Of a stretch of 43,735 bases of DNA, positions 1 to 8,020 are shown one piece after another. Source of the stretch: a virus. Under the pieces are notes generated by a model. The model saw only the letters and a list, made by a program, of their open reading frames with translations, did no database searches and was not told where the DNA came from. The DNA lies in the IMG/VR virus record IMGVR_UViG_3300045988_010188; one strand, given 5' to 3'. Numbering within the stretch: position 1 is the stretch's first letter; every line of letters starts with the position of its first letter. The position numbers and the translations under genes were made by a program.

Positions 1-75
1 CTTTTTTTGCGCCCTGCGGCGGGATAGCAGGCGCGCCCATCAGCTCGCCGGGCGAAATGCCAAATAAATTTGCGA
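1..75. repeat. Terminal redundancy: nt 1-75 are identical to nt 43661-43735 (circular-contig overlap).
   Basis: Both termini read ctttttttgcgccctgcggcgggatagcag...caaataaatttgcga. A minus-strand ORF stays in frame across the junction. Confidence 0.95.
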
Positions 76-223
76 GTTTGATTTGCGTAATGGCGGACGG
101 CATTTTCCCATTTTTCCATCCGTTTGCGGCGGCATTAGAAAGACCAACCTTTTTTGCGGCACCAGATTCGCTCAAATTGTTCAATGCGCACAGCCTGACA
201 TAATTATCGTAAAAAACGCTCAT
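1..223 (-). CDS. cI-like XRE-family HTH repressor, N-terminal part (gene is split by the window ends).
   Basis: ATG at 223 on the minus strand. Translation MSVFYDNYVRLCALNNLSESGAAKKVGLSNAAANGWKNGKMPSAITQIKLANLFGISPGELMGAPAIPPQGAKK has an XRE-type HTH. It runs off position 1 and continues at 43660. It is absent from the ORF track because it is split. Confidence 0.8.
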   Translation of the reverse strand, partial: MSVFYDNYVRLCALNNLSESGAAKKVGLSNAAANGWKNGKMPSAITQIKLANLFGISPGELMGAPAIPPQGAKK

Positions 224-251
224 TTTCAGATCATCCTTTTGTGCAAAACGC

Positions 252-298
252 AGAAAGTTAGAAAAGTTAACGACAGTTATTGACTTCTAACTTTTCTA
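252..298. promoter_or_regulatory. Operator-like repeats in the switch region.
   Basis: TAGAAAAGTTA at 259-269 and TAACTTTTCTA at 288-298 form a perfect 11-nt inverted repeat. A direct half-copy GAAAGTTA lies at 253-260. Related copies are GAAAAAGCTAAC at 321-332 and GTTAACTTTTGC at 411-422. Confidence 0.55.
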
Positions 299-308
299 GC
301 TGTATACT
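280..308 (+). promoter_or_regulatory. Candidate rightward early promoter.
   Basis: TTGACT (280-285), a 17-nt spacer, then TATACT (303-308). The spacer contains an operator half-site. Confidence 0.5.
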
Positions 309-395
309 GTGTTTACGGTTGAAAAAGCTAACACAAAACCAGACCCCAGCAGAAATGCTCGTGTCCGAAATTGCTAATATGTATCTCGCAAATCC

Positions 396-424
396 ATAAT
401 AGCATACTTTGTTAACTTTTGCAA
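396..424 (-). promoter_or_regulatory. Candidate leftward promoter for the repressor gene.
   Basis: On the minus strand: TTGCAA (424-419), a 17-nt spacer, then TGcTATTAT (-10 at 401-396). The spacer contains an operator-like GTTAACTTTTGC. Confidence 0.4.
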
Positions 425-648
425 CCACTAATTTGACTGCGGCGGAAAAGAAAACCCGCCTGTGTTGCATCACAGCCGGGAATCTTCCGAAAAATGGCTT
501 GACTGCCCTCCGAAGTCTCCGCAACAACAAGCGTAGGGAATTGCGGCAGTGAGATGTTTCCACCAAAAACACCTATGCCACAAATCAAGCCAAGTGGCAT
601 TATAACAAACTTTTTCGCCTCAGTCAAACAAATTAACACTAAGGAGGT

Positions 649-852
649 GTGATTTTGCTGGAATCCTGGACTGGCAAGATTGTGGGCAAGATGCACGTTC
701 ACGAGATCACTTATGACGATGTAGCCGCCGAGCTTGGCGTTACGCGTCCGTATGTGAGTATGCTACTGAACGGCCACCGCAAGCCGCCGGATGCGCGTAA
801 GCGCCTTGAGGCCGCTGTAGATGCGGTCATTGCAAAACGGAAGGGAAAATAA
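649..852 (+). CDS. Cro-like small HTH protein.
   Basis: The sequence ITYDDVAAELGVTRPYVSMLLNG is an HTH. AAGGAGG lies at 641-647. The true start may be TTG 655 rather than GTG 649. It is divergent from the repressor. Confidence 0.7.
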   Translation: MILLESWTGKIVGKMHVHEITYDDVAAELGVTRPYVSMLLNGHRKPPDARKRLEAAVDAVIAKRKGK

Positions 853-960
853 AAAAGCGCCCTGCCCGGCATAGTAGACCGAACAGGGCAAATGAAATGA
901 AAGGCACAATGTCATGCGCGGCTTTATTGTAGCACAGACAACGGAGAAAGGCAAGAGACA

Positions 961-1209
961 ATGTCAAAATGCCCGTGGGCGCAAAGCCCGATAGAAACAC
1001 GCGCCACGATGATGCGGAAGATCATCCGCACCAAATGCGCACAGCGCGATATCCAGACGCAATCTGAGTTGGCGCGAAAGACCGGGTTCCGCATTTCCAC
1101 GCTGAACGCCAAGTTTGGCAGTGGCGCATGGACGTGCGAGGACATCAAGAATCTGGACAAGCTGCTGCGCTTCAGCGCAGAGGAGCTGGCTCAGCTGGTT
1201 AGAGCATAG
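961..1209 (+). CDS. HTH DNA-binding protein.
   Basis: HTH-like IQTQSELARKTGFRISTLNAKF, with RBS GGAGAAAGG upstream. An internal start at MMRK is possible. Confidence 0.6.
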   Translation: MSKCPWAQSPIETRATMMRKIIRTKCAQRDIQTQSELARKTGFRISTLNAKFGSGAWTCEDIKNLDKLLRFSAEELAQLVRA

Positions 1210-1218
1210 GAGGTACAT

Positions 1219-1308
1219 ATGATCACTTACATCATGATCATCATCGGAGCGCTGACTTTCTCGGTACAGTTCATGCACCTGATCGACCGGCTGGAGGGGC
1301 GGAGATGA
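1219..1308 (+). CDS. 29-aa hydrophobic peptide (below the ORF-track cutoff).
   Basis: TAGGAGGT RBS, then ATG 1219. Translation MITYIMIIIGALTFSVQFMHLIDRLEGRR. Its stop overlaps the next ATG (ATGA). Confidence 0.4.
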   Translation: MITYIMIIIGALTFSVQFMHLIDRLEGRR

Positions 1309-1613
1309 GCCGCCGATACAACGAAGAGCACCGCGAGGAAATCAACCTGTACATGCGTGTTTATCGGGTGGCAAACGCAGATCATATTGCCAGAAGGCAG
1401 CGGCTCCGCTACGAAGAGAACAAACGGCTGTATGCAGAAAATCAGCGTTGGATACGCGAAGAACGAACGAAACGCGAGTGGTCACAAGATGCGGTTGCGT
1501 TTAGCGTTGGCGTATCTCAGGCAACTATTGCGCGGTTGGAAAGCGGCGCACTGCCATTGAACACGTTCGGTAAGCGGGACAAGCTTTTCAAGGTGTTGGG
1601 GGTGTCTAAATGA
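1305..1613 (+). CDS. XRE-type HTH protein.
   Basis: C-terminal WSQDAVAFSVGVSQATIARLESG. Start and stop codons overlap those of both neighbouring genes. Confidence 0.65.
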   Translation: MSRRYNEEHREEINLYMRVYRVANADHIARRQRLRYEENKRLYAENQRWIREERTKREWSQDAVAFSVGVSQATIARLESGALPLNTFGKRDKLFKVLGVSK

Positions 1614-1843
1614 CGGACGAGCATATCACATGCGTCCCTTGCCCATGCTCTCCGGACTGCCCGGATAGGCGGGCGCTGTGTTTTTCGACCTGTGAGGCAT
1701 ATCGGGAGTACGAAGTATCAAGAAACGCCGCTTATGAGACCCGCGCAAAGGTCAGGCGGCAGACCGATGACGCGATGGCCGACCTAAAACGGACGGCAGT
1801 TAAAAGCTTACGGGAACGAGCAAAGCGTGGGAGGAGAAGGTAG
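1610..1843 (+). CDS. Small Cys-rich protein.
   Basis: CVPCPCSPDCPDRRALCFSTC followed by a basic tail. Overlaps the upstream stop by 4 nt. Confidence 0.55.
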   Translation: MTDEHITCVPCPCSPDCPDRRALCFSTCEAYREYEVSRNAAYETRAKVRRQTDDAMADLKRTAVKSLRERAKRGRRR

Positions 1844-2197
1844 ATGATGTACCGATGCAATGAGACAGGACGGGAGTTCGAGAATCCCGTCTACGACCGG
1901 GACTTTTGGAACAAAAACGACGGGGCGTATGTCTGCCCCTGCTGCGGCGATACCCATTATGACGAGGTGTTTGAGTGCGACATCTGCCGCGCCCATGTGT
2001 CGTGGGACGATGGTCACGTCGGCAGCAAGTACGAGAACCGGTTTCTCTGCCCGGACTGCCGCAAGATCGCCGTTGTCAACCTGTTTGAAAAGGGCGCTCA
2101 AGAGCTGGGTGACACAGAGGAAGCCTGGCTGGATGACGTGCTGGACGGCAACAGCTGGGCGAATTTGAAGAAAATTTATAAGGAGGCAAGGGCATGA
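1844..2197 (+). CDS. Zinc-ribbon protein.
   Basis: CPCC...CDIC...CPDC Cys pairs. Tightly packed in the operon. Confidence 0.6.
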   Translation: MMYRCNETGREFENPVYDRDFWNKNDGAYVCPCCGDTHYDEVFECDICRAHVSWDDGHVGSKYENRFLCPDCRKIAVVNLFEKGAQELGDTEEAWLDDVLDGNSWANLKKIYKEARA

Positions 2198-2685
2198 GTT
2201 TGAGCTTGTACGAAATCGACCGCGCACTGGAGACGCTGGTTGACGAAGAAACCGGAGAGATCAAGGATTTTGACGCTTTTGAAGCTTTGCAGATGGAGCG
2301 CGACAAGAAGATCGAGAGTGTGGCGTGCTGGACAAAGAATCTGGATGCGGAAGCAAAGGCCATTCTCGCCGAGGAACTGTCCCTTGCGGAGCGCCGGAAG
2401 TCGCTGGAGAAGAAGCGTGAGCGTCTGCTTGGGTATCTGGGCAAGGCGCTGGACGGGAGCACGTTTAAGAGCGCGCGGTGTGCGGTTACCTTCCGGAAAA
2501 GTACCCGCGTAGAGATCACCAACATGGAGGAACTGGTGCATTGGTGTGTGACAAACGGTCGTGATGGGCTGGTGCAGTACAGCGCACCCAGCGTTTCAAA
2601 GAGCGATATTTCCCCGCTGCTGAAAAACGGGGTCACCATTGACGGCGCGGAGCTTGTCACAAGCATGAACGTGGGGGTGAAGTGA
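2194..2685 (+). CDS. Siphovirus Gp157-like protein.
   Basis: MSLSLYEIDRALETLVDEETGEI... with a coiled-coil middle matches the family pattern as I remember it. Sits next to ERF, as is typical. Confidence 0.65.
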   Translation: MSLSLYEIDRALETLVDEETGEIKDFDAFEALQMERDKKIESVACWTKNLDAEAKAILAEELSLAERRKSLEKKRERLLGYLGKALDGSTFKSARCAVTFRKSTRVEITNMEELVHWCVTNGRDGLVQYSAPSVSKSDISPLLKNGVTIDGAELVTSMNVGVK

Positions 2686-3269
2686 TGAACATCTATGAAA
2701 AAATTGCCGCCGTCATGCAGGACGTGCAGTATCTTGCGAAGGACGACAACGTCTCTTTTGGGCAGACCAATTACAAGGCGCTGTCTGAGGAGAAGGTGAC
2801 GGTTATCATGCGGTCTGCCATGCTCAAGCACAAACTGGTGGTATTCCCCGTTGAGCAGAGCGCCACCAGAACCGGCAACATCACCCACGTTGACGTGAAA
2901 TATCGCATCGTGAACATCGACGATCCGGCTGATTACATCGAAGTGGTGTCTTGCGGCGACGGCGCGGACACTCAGGACAAGGGCAGCGGAAAAGCCATGA
3001 CATACGCTTTTAAGTACATGTGGCTGCGGACGTTTGCCATTCCCACCGGAGAAGACCCGGACAAGATCAGTTCTGCGCAGTTGGACGAAGAAGCCAAAAA
3101 GGCCATTACCTGCGAGGGATGCGGCAAGAAGATCACGGCAAAGCGATTCAAGGGCGCGGAATATTCCGCCGCTACCATCGCACAGAACGCCGTGGAGGCT
3201 TACGGCCGCCGTCTCTGCTGGGACTGCATGAAGGCCGCACGGGCGTCGATGGAGAACGCCGATGGCTGA
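2682..3269 (+). CDS. ERF-family single-strand annealing protein with a C-terminal zinc ribbon.
   Basis: MNIYEKIAAVMQDVQYLAKDD...GKAMTYAFKYMWLRTF is ERF-like. The C-terminus has CEGCGKK...CWDC. Confidence 0.75.
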   Translation: MMNIYEKIAAVMQDVQYLAKDDNVSFGQTNYKALSEEKVTVIMRSAMLKHKLVVFPVEQSATRTGNITHVDVKYRIVNIDDPADYIEVVSCGDGADTQDKGSGKAMTYAFKYMWLRTFAIPTGEDPDKISSAQLDEEAKKAITCEGCGKKITAKRFKGAEYSAATIAQNAVEAYGRRLCWDCMKAARASMENADG

Positions 3270-3594
3270 TCTGGTCAATGAGATCATGGACAAGAGCCGG
3301 ATGCTGGACGTTGCCATTTCCGAACTGAAACGGCGCGGCCAGAAATACGCGGAAGCAGAACGGGACTACCGCGTGGCCCTTGCCAAGCAGATGCTTTTGG
3401 AGCGCGACAACGGCATGCCAGTGACGATCATTTCTGATATCTGCAAAGGCAAGACGGAAATCGCTACGCTACGGTTTAATCGGGATTGTGCCGAGGTACT
3501 TTACAAGTCCGCGATGGAAGCCATCAATTCCATGAAACTGCAAATCCGGCTGATGGATTCTCAGCTTGATCGGGAATGGGGTGCGGCAAAGTGA
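3262..3594 (+). CDS. Hypothetical protein.
   Basis: ORF whose start and stop overlap those of both neighbours. No recognisable motif. Confidence 0.55.
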   Translation: MADLVNEIMDKSRMLDVAISELKRRGQKYAEAERDYRVALAKQMLLERDNGMPVTIISDICKGKTEIATLRFNRDCAEVLYKSAMEAINSMKLQIRLMDSQLDREWGAAK

Positions 3595-4163
3595 GCACGC
3601 GCCGAAAATACCGCTACAAGGGAGAAGAGAAGTATTTGCCCGAGTGGGCCACCATCTACGGCATGGGCATTACCACGCTGCGCAAACGGCTGTCTGCCGG
3701 ATGGTCGCTGCATGATGCGCTGACAACGCCAACACGGGAAAGGGCAAAGAATCTCCCATCGCGCAAAGCAAACCATGTGGGCGAAAAGCACGGCATGTTG
3801 AAGGTCGTTGCCTTTGCCGGGCGGAACGCCAGCGGGGAACTGACATGGAAGTGCAAATGCAAGTGTGGCGGAACACGCGTTGCCACAACGCGGATGCTGC
3901 GATACGTTACGCACTGCGGATGCCAGCGAAAAGGCAGAAGCAGGCGCAAGGGCGCCGCACCTACACACGATCAACCGTGCTGGACGTGCAAGAACTATGT
4001 CGACGGGTGCAGCTGGGCGCGGAAAGAACACCTTCCCGTCGAGGGGTGGGACGCTACGCCGACCACCAAATATCAAGGCTATACACGTCGCGGAGAGTTG
4101 CTGTCTTATGCCATCCACTATTGCCCGGAATACGTTTCGGACGGAACGGAGGGGAGAGGATGA
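3576..4163 (+). CDS. HTH plus Cys-rich DNA-binding protein.
   Basis: LPEWATIYGMGITTLRKRLSAGWSLHDAL is HTH-like, followed by CKCKCGG..CGC and CWTC..C clusters. An alternative start is GTG 3591 (GTGA overlap). Confidence 0.6.
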   Translation: MGCGKVSTRRKYRYKGEEKYLPEWATIYGMGITTLRKRLSAGWSLHDALTTPTRERAKNLPSRKANHVGEKHGMLKVVAFAGRNASGELTWKCKCKCGGTRVATTRMLRYVTHCGCQRKGRSRRKGAAPTHDQPCWTCKNYVDGCSWARKEHLPVEGWDATPTTKYQGYTRRGELLSYAIHYCPEYVSDGTEGRG

Positions 4164-4441
4164 TGGAAGAACGCAGATGCTTCCTGTGCGGCAGGAATGA
4201 CCCATCAGACCCACTTGAGCGGCACCATATCGTGGGCGGCCCGTACCGCAAGAAAAGCGAGAAATACGGCCTTGTGGTCTATCTCTGCGGCAACAGGTGC
4301 CACCGGAACGGCAGGGGCGCGGTACACCGCAACGGTGACCAGATGCGCCGCCTGCGCCGCTACGGGCAGCTCAAGGCCATGCAGGAACAGGGCTGGACGG
4401 AGGATGATTTCCGGCGCGAGTTCGGGAAATCGTACTTATAG
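4160..4441 (+). CDS. Small HNH/Ref-like zinc-finger protein.
   Basis: ATGA overlap start at 4160. Contains CFLCG...LERHHI...LCGNRCH...GAVH. The family name is from memory only. Confidence 0.55.
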   Translation: MMEERRCFLCGRNDPSDPLERHHIVGGPYRKKSEKYGLVVYLCGNRCHRNGRGAVHRNGDQMRRLRRYGQLKAMQEQGWTEDDFRREFGKSYL

Positions 4442-4449
4442 GAGGGGTT

Positions 4450-4668
4450 ATGACACAGTGCGAAAGAATCCTGGAATACATGGAGACGGTAGGCCCCATC
4501 ACACAGTTGGACGCCGCCCGCGAGTTTGGCTGCTACCGGCTGGGTGCGAGGATATGGGACTTGCGTCACGCAGGGCACGCCATCAGCAAGCGGACGGTGA
4601 CAAACAAGAACCGATACGGCGAGAGCGTGAGCTTTGCCGAGTACAGATTGGAGGATAAGAAATGCTGA
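4450..4668 (+). CDS. Winged-helix (HTH_39-like) protein.
   Basis: ILEYMETVGPITQLDAAREFGCYRLGARIWDLRHAGHAI matches the family pattern. Confidence 0.65.
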   Translation: MTQCERILEYMETVGPITQLDAAREFGCYRLGARIWDLRHAGHAISKRTVTNKNRYGESVSFAEYRLEDKKC

Positions 4669-5078
4669 ACAAAGTTTTCATCATGGGCCGGTTGACCCGC
4701 GATCCGGAGCTTCGGAGAACCAACAGCGGTACGGCGGTTACCAGCTTCACGCTGGCCGTTGACCGCGATTTTAAGAACGCGGATGGCACGAAGGAGACAG
4801 ACTTCATTGATTGCGTCGCGTGGCGATCCACGGCGGAGTTCGCGGCGAAGTACTTCACGAAGGGCCGTATGGCCGTTGTAGAGGGCAAGCTTCAGATCCG
4901 CGACTGGACGGACAAGGACGGCAACAAGCGCCGCAATGCGGAGGTCATTGCTGACAACCTGTACTTTTGCGACAGCCGCAGCGACAACGGCGGACATCAG
5001 GCGGCGAAAGCGCCGGTCAGCGTGGACGCGGAGGACTTCGACGAGGTCGAGGACGATGATAGCGACCTTCCGTTCTGA
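4662..5078 (+). CDS. ssb: Single-stranded DNA-binding protein.
   Basis: MLNKVFIMGRLTRDPELR..., an OB-fold pattern, and the acidic tail DDDSDLPF. Confidence 0.92.
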   Translation: MLNKVFIMGRLTRDPELRRTNSGTAVTSFTLAVDRDFKNADGTKETDFIDCVAWRSTAEFAAKYFTKGRMAVVEGKLQIRDWTDKDGNKRRNAEVIADNLYFCDSRSDNGGHQAAKAPVSVDAEDFDEVEDDDSDLPF

Positions 5079-5086
5079 GGTAAGTC

Positions 5087-5887
5087 ATGGCAAAGAGCGG
5101 GATCGACTACTTTCCGCTTGATGTCGCATTGGATGCAAAGCTTGAACTGATAGAGGCAGAATTTGGCTTGACAGGATTTGGTGTAGTCGTTCACTTGCTG
5201 CAAGAGATTTACGGTAAGGCGGGTTACTACATTGAATGGACAGAGGAGGTTGCGCTTTTGTTTGCCCGCAAGGTCGGGTTGGGTGGGAGCGTCGTTTCCG
5301 AAATAATAGAGGCTTCTATCAGACGAGGGATGTTCGACAAAGAGAAATATGACAAGTACCATGTGCTGACCTCAAAAGGGGTGCAGAAAAGGTACTTCGA
5401 GGCAGTCAGCCGCCGTAAAGTTCTCAGCGTCGATTACAACATCCTTCTGGTTAATGTCGCCCAAATTTGCCCCAATGTCAACATTCAGGCCGAAAATGTC
5501 AACATTTTTTCAAAAAATGCTGACATCGAAAAACAAAGTAAAGTAGAGAAGAGTAGAGTAGAGAAGAGTAAAGAAGATATATGCGCGGAGCCGCAAGCGG
5601 CATCCACGCCGCCCGTCGCCGAGCTTATTCTCAATGACGGAACGACATATGCCGTTCAGGAAACGGATGCGGCTCAATGGGAAAAGCTGTATCCAAACGT
5701 AAACGTGCGACAACAGCTCCGGAACATGGTAGGCTGGTGTGATTCCAATCCGGCGAAGCGCAAGACGCGCGGCGGCATTAAGAGGTTTATCACTTCGTGG
5801 CTTGCCAGAGAACAGGATCGCGGCGGAAAAGCACAGCAAAATAAGCCGTTTACCTATGACTACGGCAGCACGGAGGACAGCCTATGA
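5087..5887 (+). CDS. Replication initiator (DUF4373 / DnaD-like N-terminal domain).
   Basis: IDYFPLDVALDAKLELIEAEFGLTGFGVVVHLLQEIYGKAGYY. Located upstream of the DnaC-like loader. Contains iterons. Confidence 0.7.
   Translation: MAKSGIDYFPLDVALDAKLELIEAEFGLTGFGVVVHLLQEIYGKAGYYIEWTEEVALLFARKVGLGGSVVSEIIEASIRRGMFDKEKYDKYHVLTSKGVQKRYFEAVSRRKVLSVDYNILLVNVAQICPNVNIQAENVNIFSKNADIEKQSKVEKSRVEKSKEDICAEPQAASTPPVAELILNDGTTYAVQETDAAQWEKLYPNVNVRQQLRNMVGWCDSNPAKRKTRGGIKRFITSWLAREQDRGGKAQQNKPFTYDYGSTEDSL
5453..5570. repeat. Iteron-like repeats inside the initiator gene (candidate ori).
   Basis: AATG-type 12-mers start at 5453, 5474, 5495 and 5516, exactly 21 bp apart; the two central copies are both AATGTCAACATT. 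GTAGAGAAGAGTA then occurs at 5543 and 5558. Confidence 0.6.
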
Positions 5888-6711
5888 ACGCAGATTTCAT
5901 CATCGACAGCATCGCGCAGAACGTTGCCCAAGAATGCGACGTTCTGGATTACGAGAAAGATGGCCTGATATATTGCGGCCATTGCGACACGCCAAAACAG
6001 TGCCGTATCGGCATCGCAGGTAAGGTGCGGATCGTCAAGTGCCAGTGCGCTTGCGCCGCCAGAAAGTACGAGGCGGAGAAGAAAGCGCGGCAGGATCAGG
6101 AAATGCGCCTGCGCATCGAGACGCTTCGGGCGGACGGCATCCGCGACAGGAGCCTTGCGGGCTGCCGGTTTGACGGTGCTACTATGACGGACGAGCTTGC
6201 CAAGTGCAAGCGATACGCAGACCGATGGGACGAAATGGCGCAGAGCAACAGCGGCTTGCTGCTGTGGGGCAATACTGGCAACGGAAAGACTTTTGCGGCG
6301 GCCTGTATTGCAAACCAGTTGATCGACCGTGGTATTCCGGCCATGATCACAAGCTTTCCGCGTATTCTGAACGCCGGATATGACAAGCAGGACATCGTTG
6401 ACCAGATGCGCTATTACCCCCTGCTGGTTATTGATGATTTGGGCGCGGAGCGGAACAGCGATTACGCGCTGGAAACGGTGTACATGGTCATTGACGAGCG
6501 TTACAAGGCCAAGAAGCCGTTGGTCGTGACCACAAACCTGACGCTGGACGAAATCTGCAAGCCAAAAAACATGGCATATCAGCGCATCTATGACCGTGTG
6601 CTGGAAATGTGCGCACCGCTGGTGTTTCGTGGCGACAGTATCCGGCGCGGAAAGGCAAAGGAGCAGCTCAGTTTCGTCAAGTCGATTTTGGAGGGTAGCC
6701 ATGACATTTGA
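5884..6711 (+). CDS. DnaC/IstB-like AAA+ helicase loader.
   Basis: Walker A GNTGNGKT, Walker B LLVIDDLG, and an N-terminal Cys cluster. Confidence 0.85.
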   Translation: MNADFIIDSIAQNVAQECDVLDYEKDGLIYCGHCDTPKQCRIGIAGKVRIVKCQCACAARKYEAEKKARQDQEMRLRIETLRADGIRDRSLAGCRFDGATMTDELAKCKRYADRWDEMAQSNSGLLLWGNTGNGKTFAAACIANQLIDRGIPAMITSFPRILNAGYDKQDIVDQMRYYPLLVIDDLGAERNSDYALETVYMVIDERYKAKKPLVVTTNLTLDEICKPKNMAYQRIYDRVLEMCAPLVFRGDSIRRGKAKEQLSFVKSILEGSHDI

Positions 6712-7303
6712 CCAAGCCAACCAGATACATACCAAGCGCCTTTGCCCCGCGTGCATCGGGGAGCTGGAGAAGGACAACAACATCGTTCAGCCAACGCGGG
6801 AACAGCGCTTTGACCCGTCAAAAGACCGGTGGGAGCCAGGTGTCTGCCAGCGCTGCGGGAAACAGCGCAGACTGCGAAGGATCGGAGGTATATCTTCAAC
6901 TACGAAGGATTTCGGGAAAGGGGCCTGCATGAGTAAATACAATGCGAAAAAGGCCACGCGCGGCAACCTGGCGTTTGATTCTCAGGCAGAAGCGCGGCGG
7001 TATGACGAACTGGTTTTGCTTCTGCGTGCCGGTCAGATCCGGAACTTGCAGTTGCAGAAAACGTACTGCTTGCAGGAGCCGTTTACCGGGCCTGATGGGA
7101 AGCGGGTTCTTGGTGTGGACTACAAGGCTGATTTTGACTATGAGCGCAGAACCGCGCCAGATTGCAACGGGAATACTTACTGGCTTCACGTTACCGAGGA
7201 TGTCAAGGGGATGCGCACCGAAAGCTACTCTATCAAGGCGAAGATGTTCCACGCCAGATACGGCTATGCCATTACGGAGATTTCAGCAAGAAGATATCGA
7301 TAA
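6701..7303 (+). CDS. Zinc-ribbon segment fused in frame to a DUF1064-like endonuclease domain.
   Basis: CPAC...CQRCG, then MSKYNAKKATRGNLAFDSQAEARRYDELVLL. No stop codon lies between them. An internal start at ATG 6929 with a G-rich RBS is also possible. Confidence 0.65.
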   Translation: MTFDQANQIHTKRLCPACIGELEKDNNIVQPTREQRFDPSKDRWEPGVCQRCGKQRRLRRIGGISSTTKDFGKGACMSKYNAKKATRGNLAFDSQAEARRYDELVLLLRAGQIRNLQLQKTYCLQEPFTGPDGKRVLGVDYKADFDYERRTAPDCNGNTYWLHVTEDVKGMRTESYSIKAKMFHARYGYAITEISARRYR

Positions 7304-7315
7304 GGAGAATGAAAA

Positions 7316-8020
7316 ATGAAAGCTTACAAGGGTTTTGACAAGAATTTGCAGTGCAGAGGTTTGCAATATGAGATCGGCGGTACGCAGGAAGTTGACAAAG
7401 TGAAACTGTGCAATCATGGCTTGCACGCTTGTGAAGCGCCGTTGGATGTATTCAGTTATTACGCGCCCGGCGAAGGAAGCCGGTATTGTGAAGTGGAAAT
7501 GGTCGGCGTGAGCGACGAACGCGGAGATGATAGCAAGCGCGTTGCCAAGAAGCTTACGGTGGGCGCGGAGATCGGTATTCCCGGCCTGGTAAAGGCTCAC
7601 GTTGAGTACGTCAAGGCGCATACCACAATGGAACATACCGACCAGAAAGCAGCCACCGCAGGCGATAGCGGCGCAGCCACCGCAGGCGATAGCGGCGCAG
7701 CCACCGCAGGCGCTTACGGCGCAGCCACCGCAGGCGATAGCGGCGCAGCCACCGCAGGCTATCGCGGCGCAGCCACCGCAGGCGCTTACGGCGCAGCCAC
7801 CGCAAAAGGATCTGTTTCTGTTGGCAAAAACGGATGCGGCCTTGTTCGCGGTAACGATGTGAAGATTAAAGGCGGTCTTGGTGCTGTGCTGGTGATCTGT
7901 GAGGAAAACGCGGACAATTGGGACATCAAAGAGTGGAAAGCGTTTGTCGTAGACGGCACGGACATCAGAGCGGACACATGGTATAAGCTGGTGGACGGAA
8001 AGTTGGTGGAGGCTGAGTAA
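7316..8020 (+). CDS. Repeat-containing protein of unknown function (N-terminal Cys/His domain, AATAGxxG repeats, C-terminal domain).
   Basis: MKAYKGFDKNLQCRG...LCNHGLHAC, then 6.5 octapeptide repeats. Resembles a widespread phage/bacterial DUF family, from memory. Confidence 0.7.
   Translation: MKAYKGFDKNLQCRGLQYEIGGTQEVDKVKLCNHGLHACEAPLDVFSYYAPGEGSRYCEVEMVGVSDERGDDSKRVAKKLTVGAEIGIPGLVKAHVEYVKAHTTMEHTDQKAATAGDSGAATAGDSGAATAGAYGAATAGDSGAATAGYRGAATAGAYGAATAKGSVSVGKNGCGLVRGNDVKIKGGLGAVLVICEENADNWDIKEWKAFVVDGTDIRADTWYKLVDGKLVEAE
7649..7804. repeat. 24-bp tandem repeat, 6.5 copies, in frame.
   Basis: Units of gcagccaccgcaggcgatagcggc start at 7649, 7673, 7697, 7721, 7745 and 7769, with a half unit at 7793. 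Variants differ only in the last 9 nt. Confidence 0.95.

Noticed and set aside
83-283. Plus-strand 66-aa ORF at the left end.
   Set aside because: It lies antisense to the clearly HTH-containing repressor ORF. It has no RBS, starts with TTG, and its product looks low-complexity.
267-702. Minus-strand ORFs 267-572 and 412-702 in the switch region.
   Set aside because: They overlap promoters and operators and the cro-like gene. They have no RBS and an Arg/Leu-rich, junk-like composition.
2076-3317. 413-aa minus-strand ORF.
   Set aside because: It lies antisense to the Gp157-like and ERF genes, whose motifs are recognisable. Long antisense ORFs are expected in GC-rich coding DNA.
7649-7804. 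Whether the regular 24-bp repeats could be a CRISPR array.
   Set aside because: The units are contiguous with no spacers, lie in frame within a CDS and encode an octapeptide repeat.
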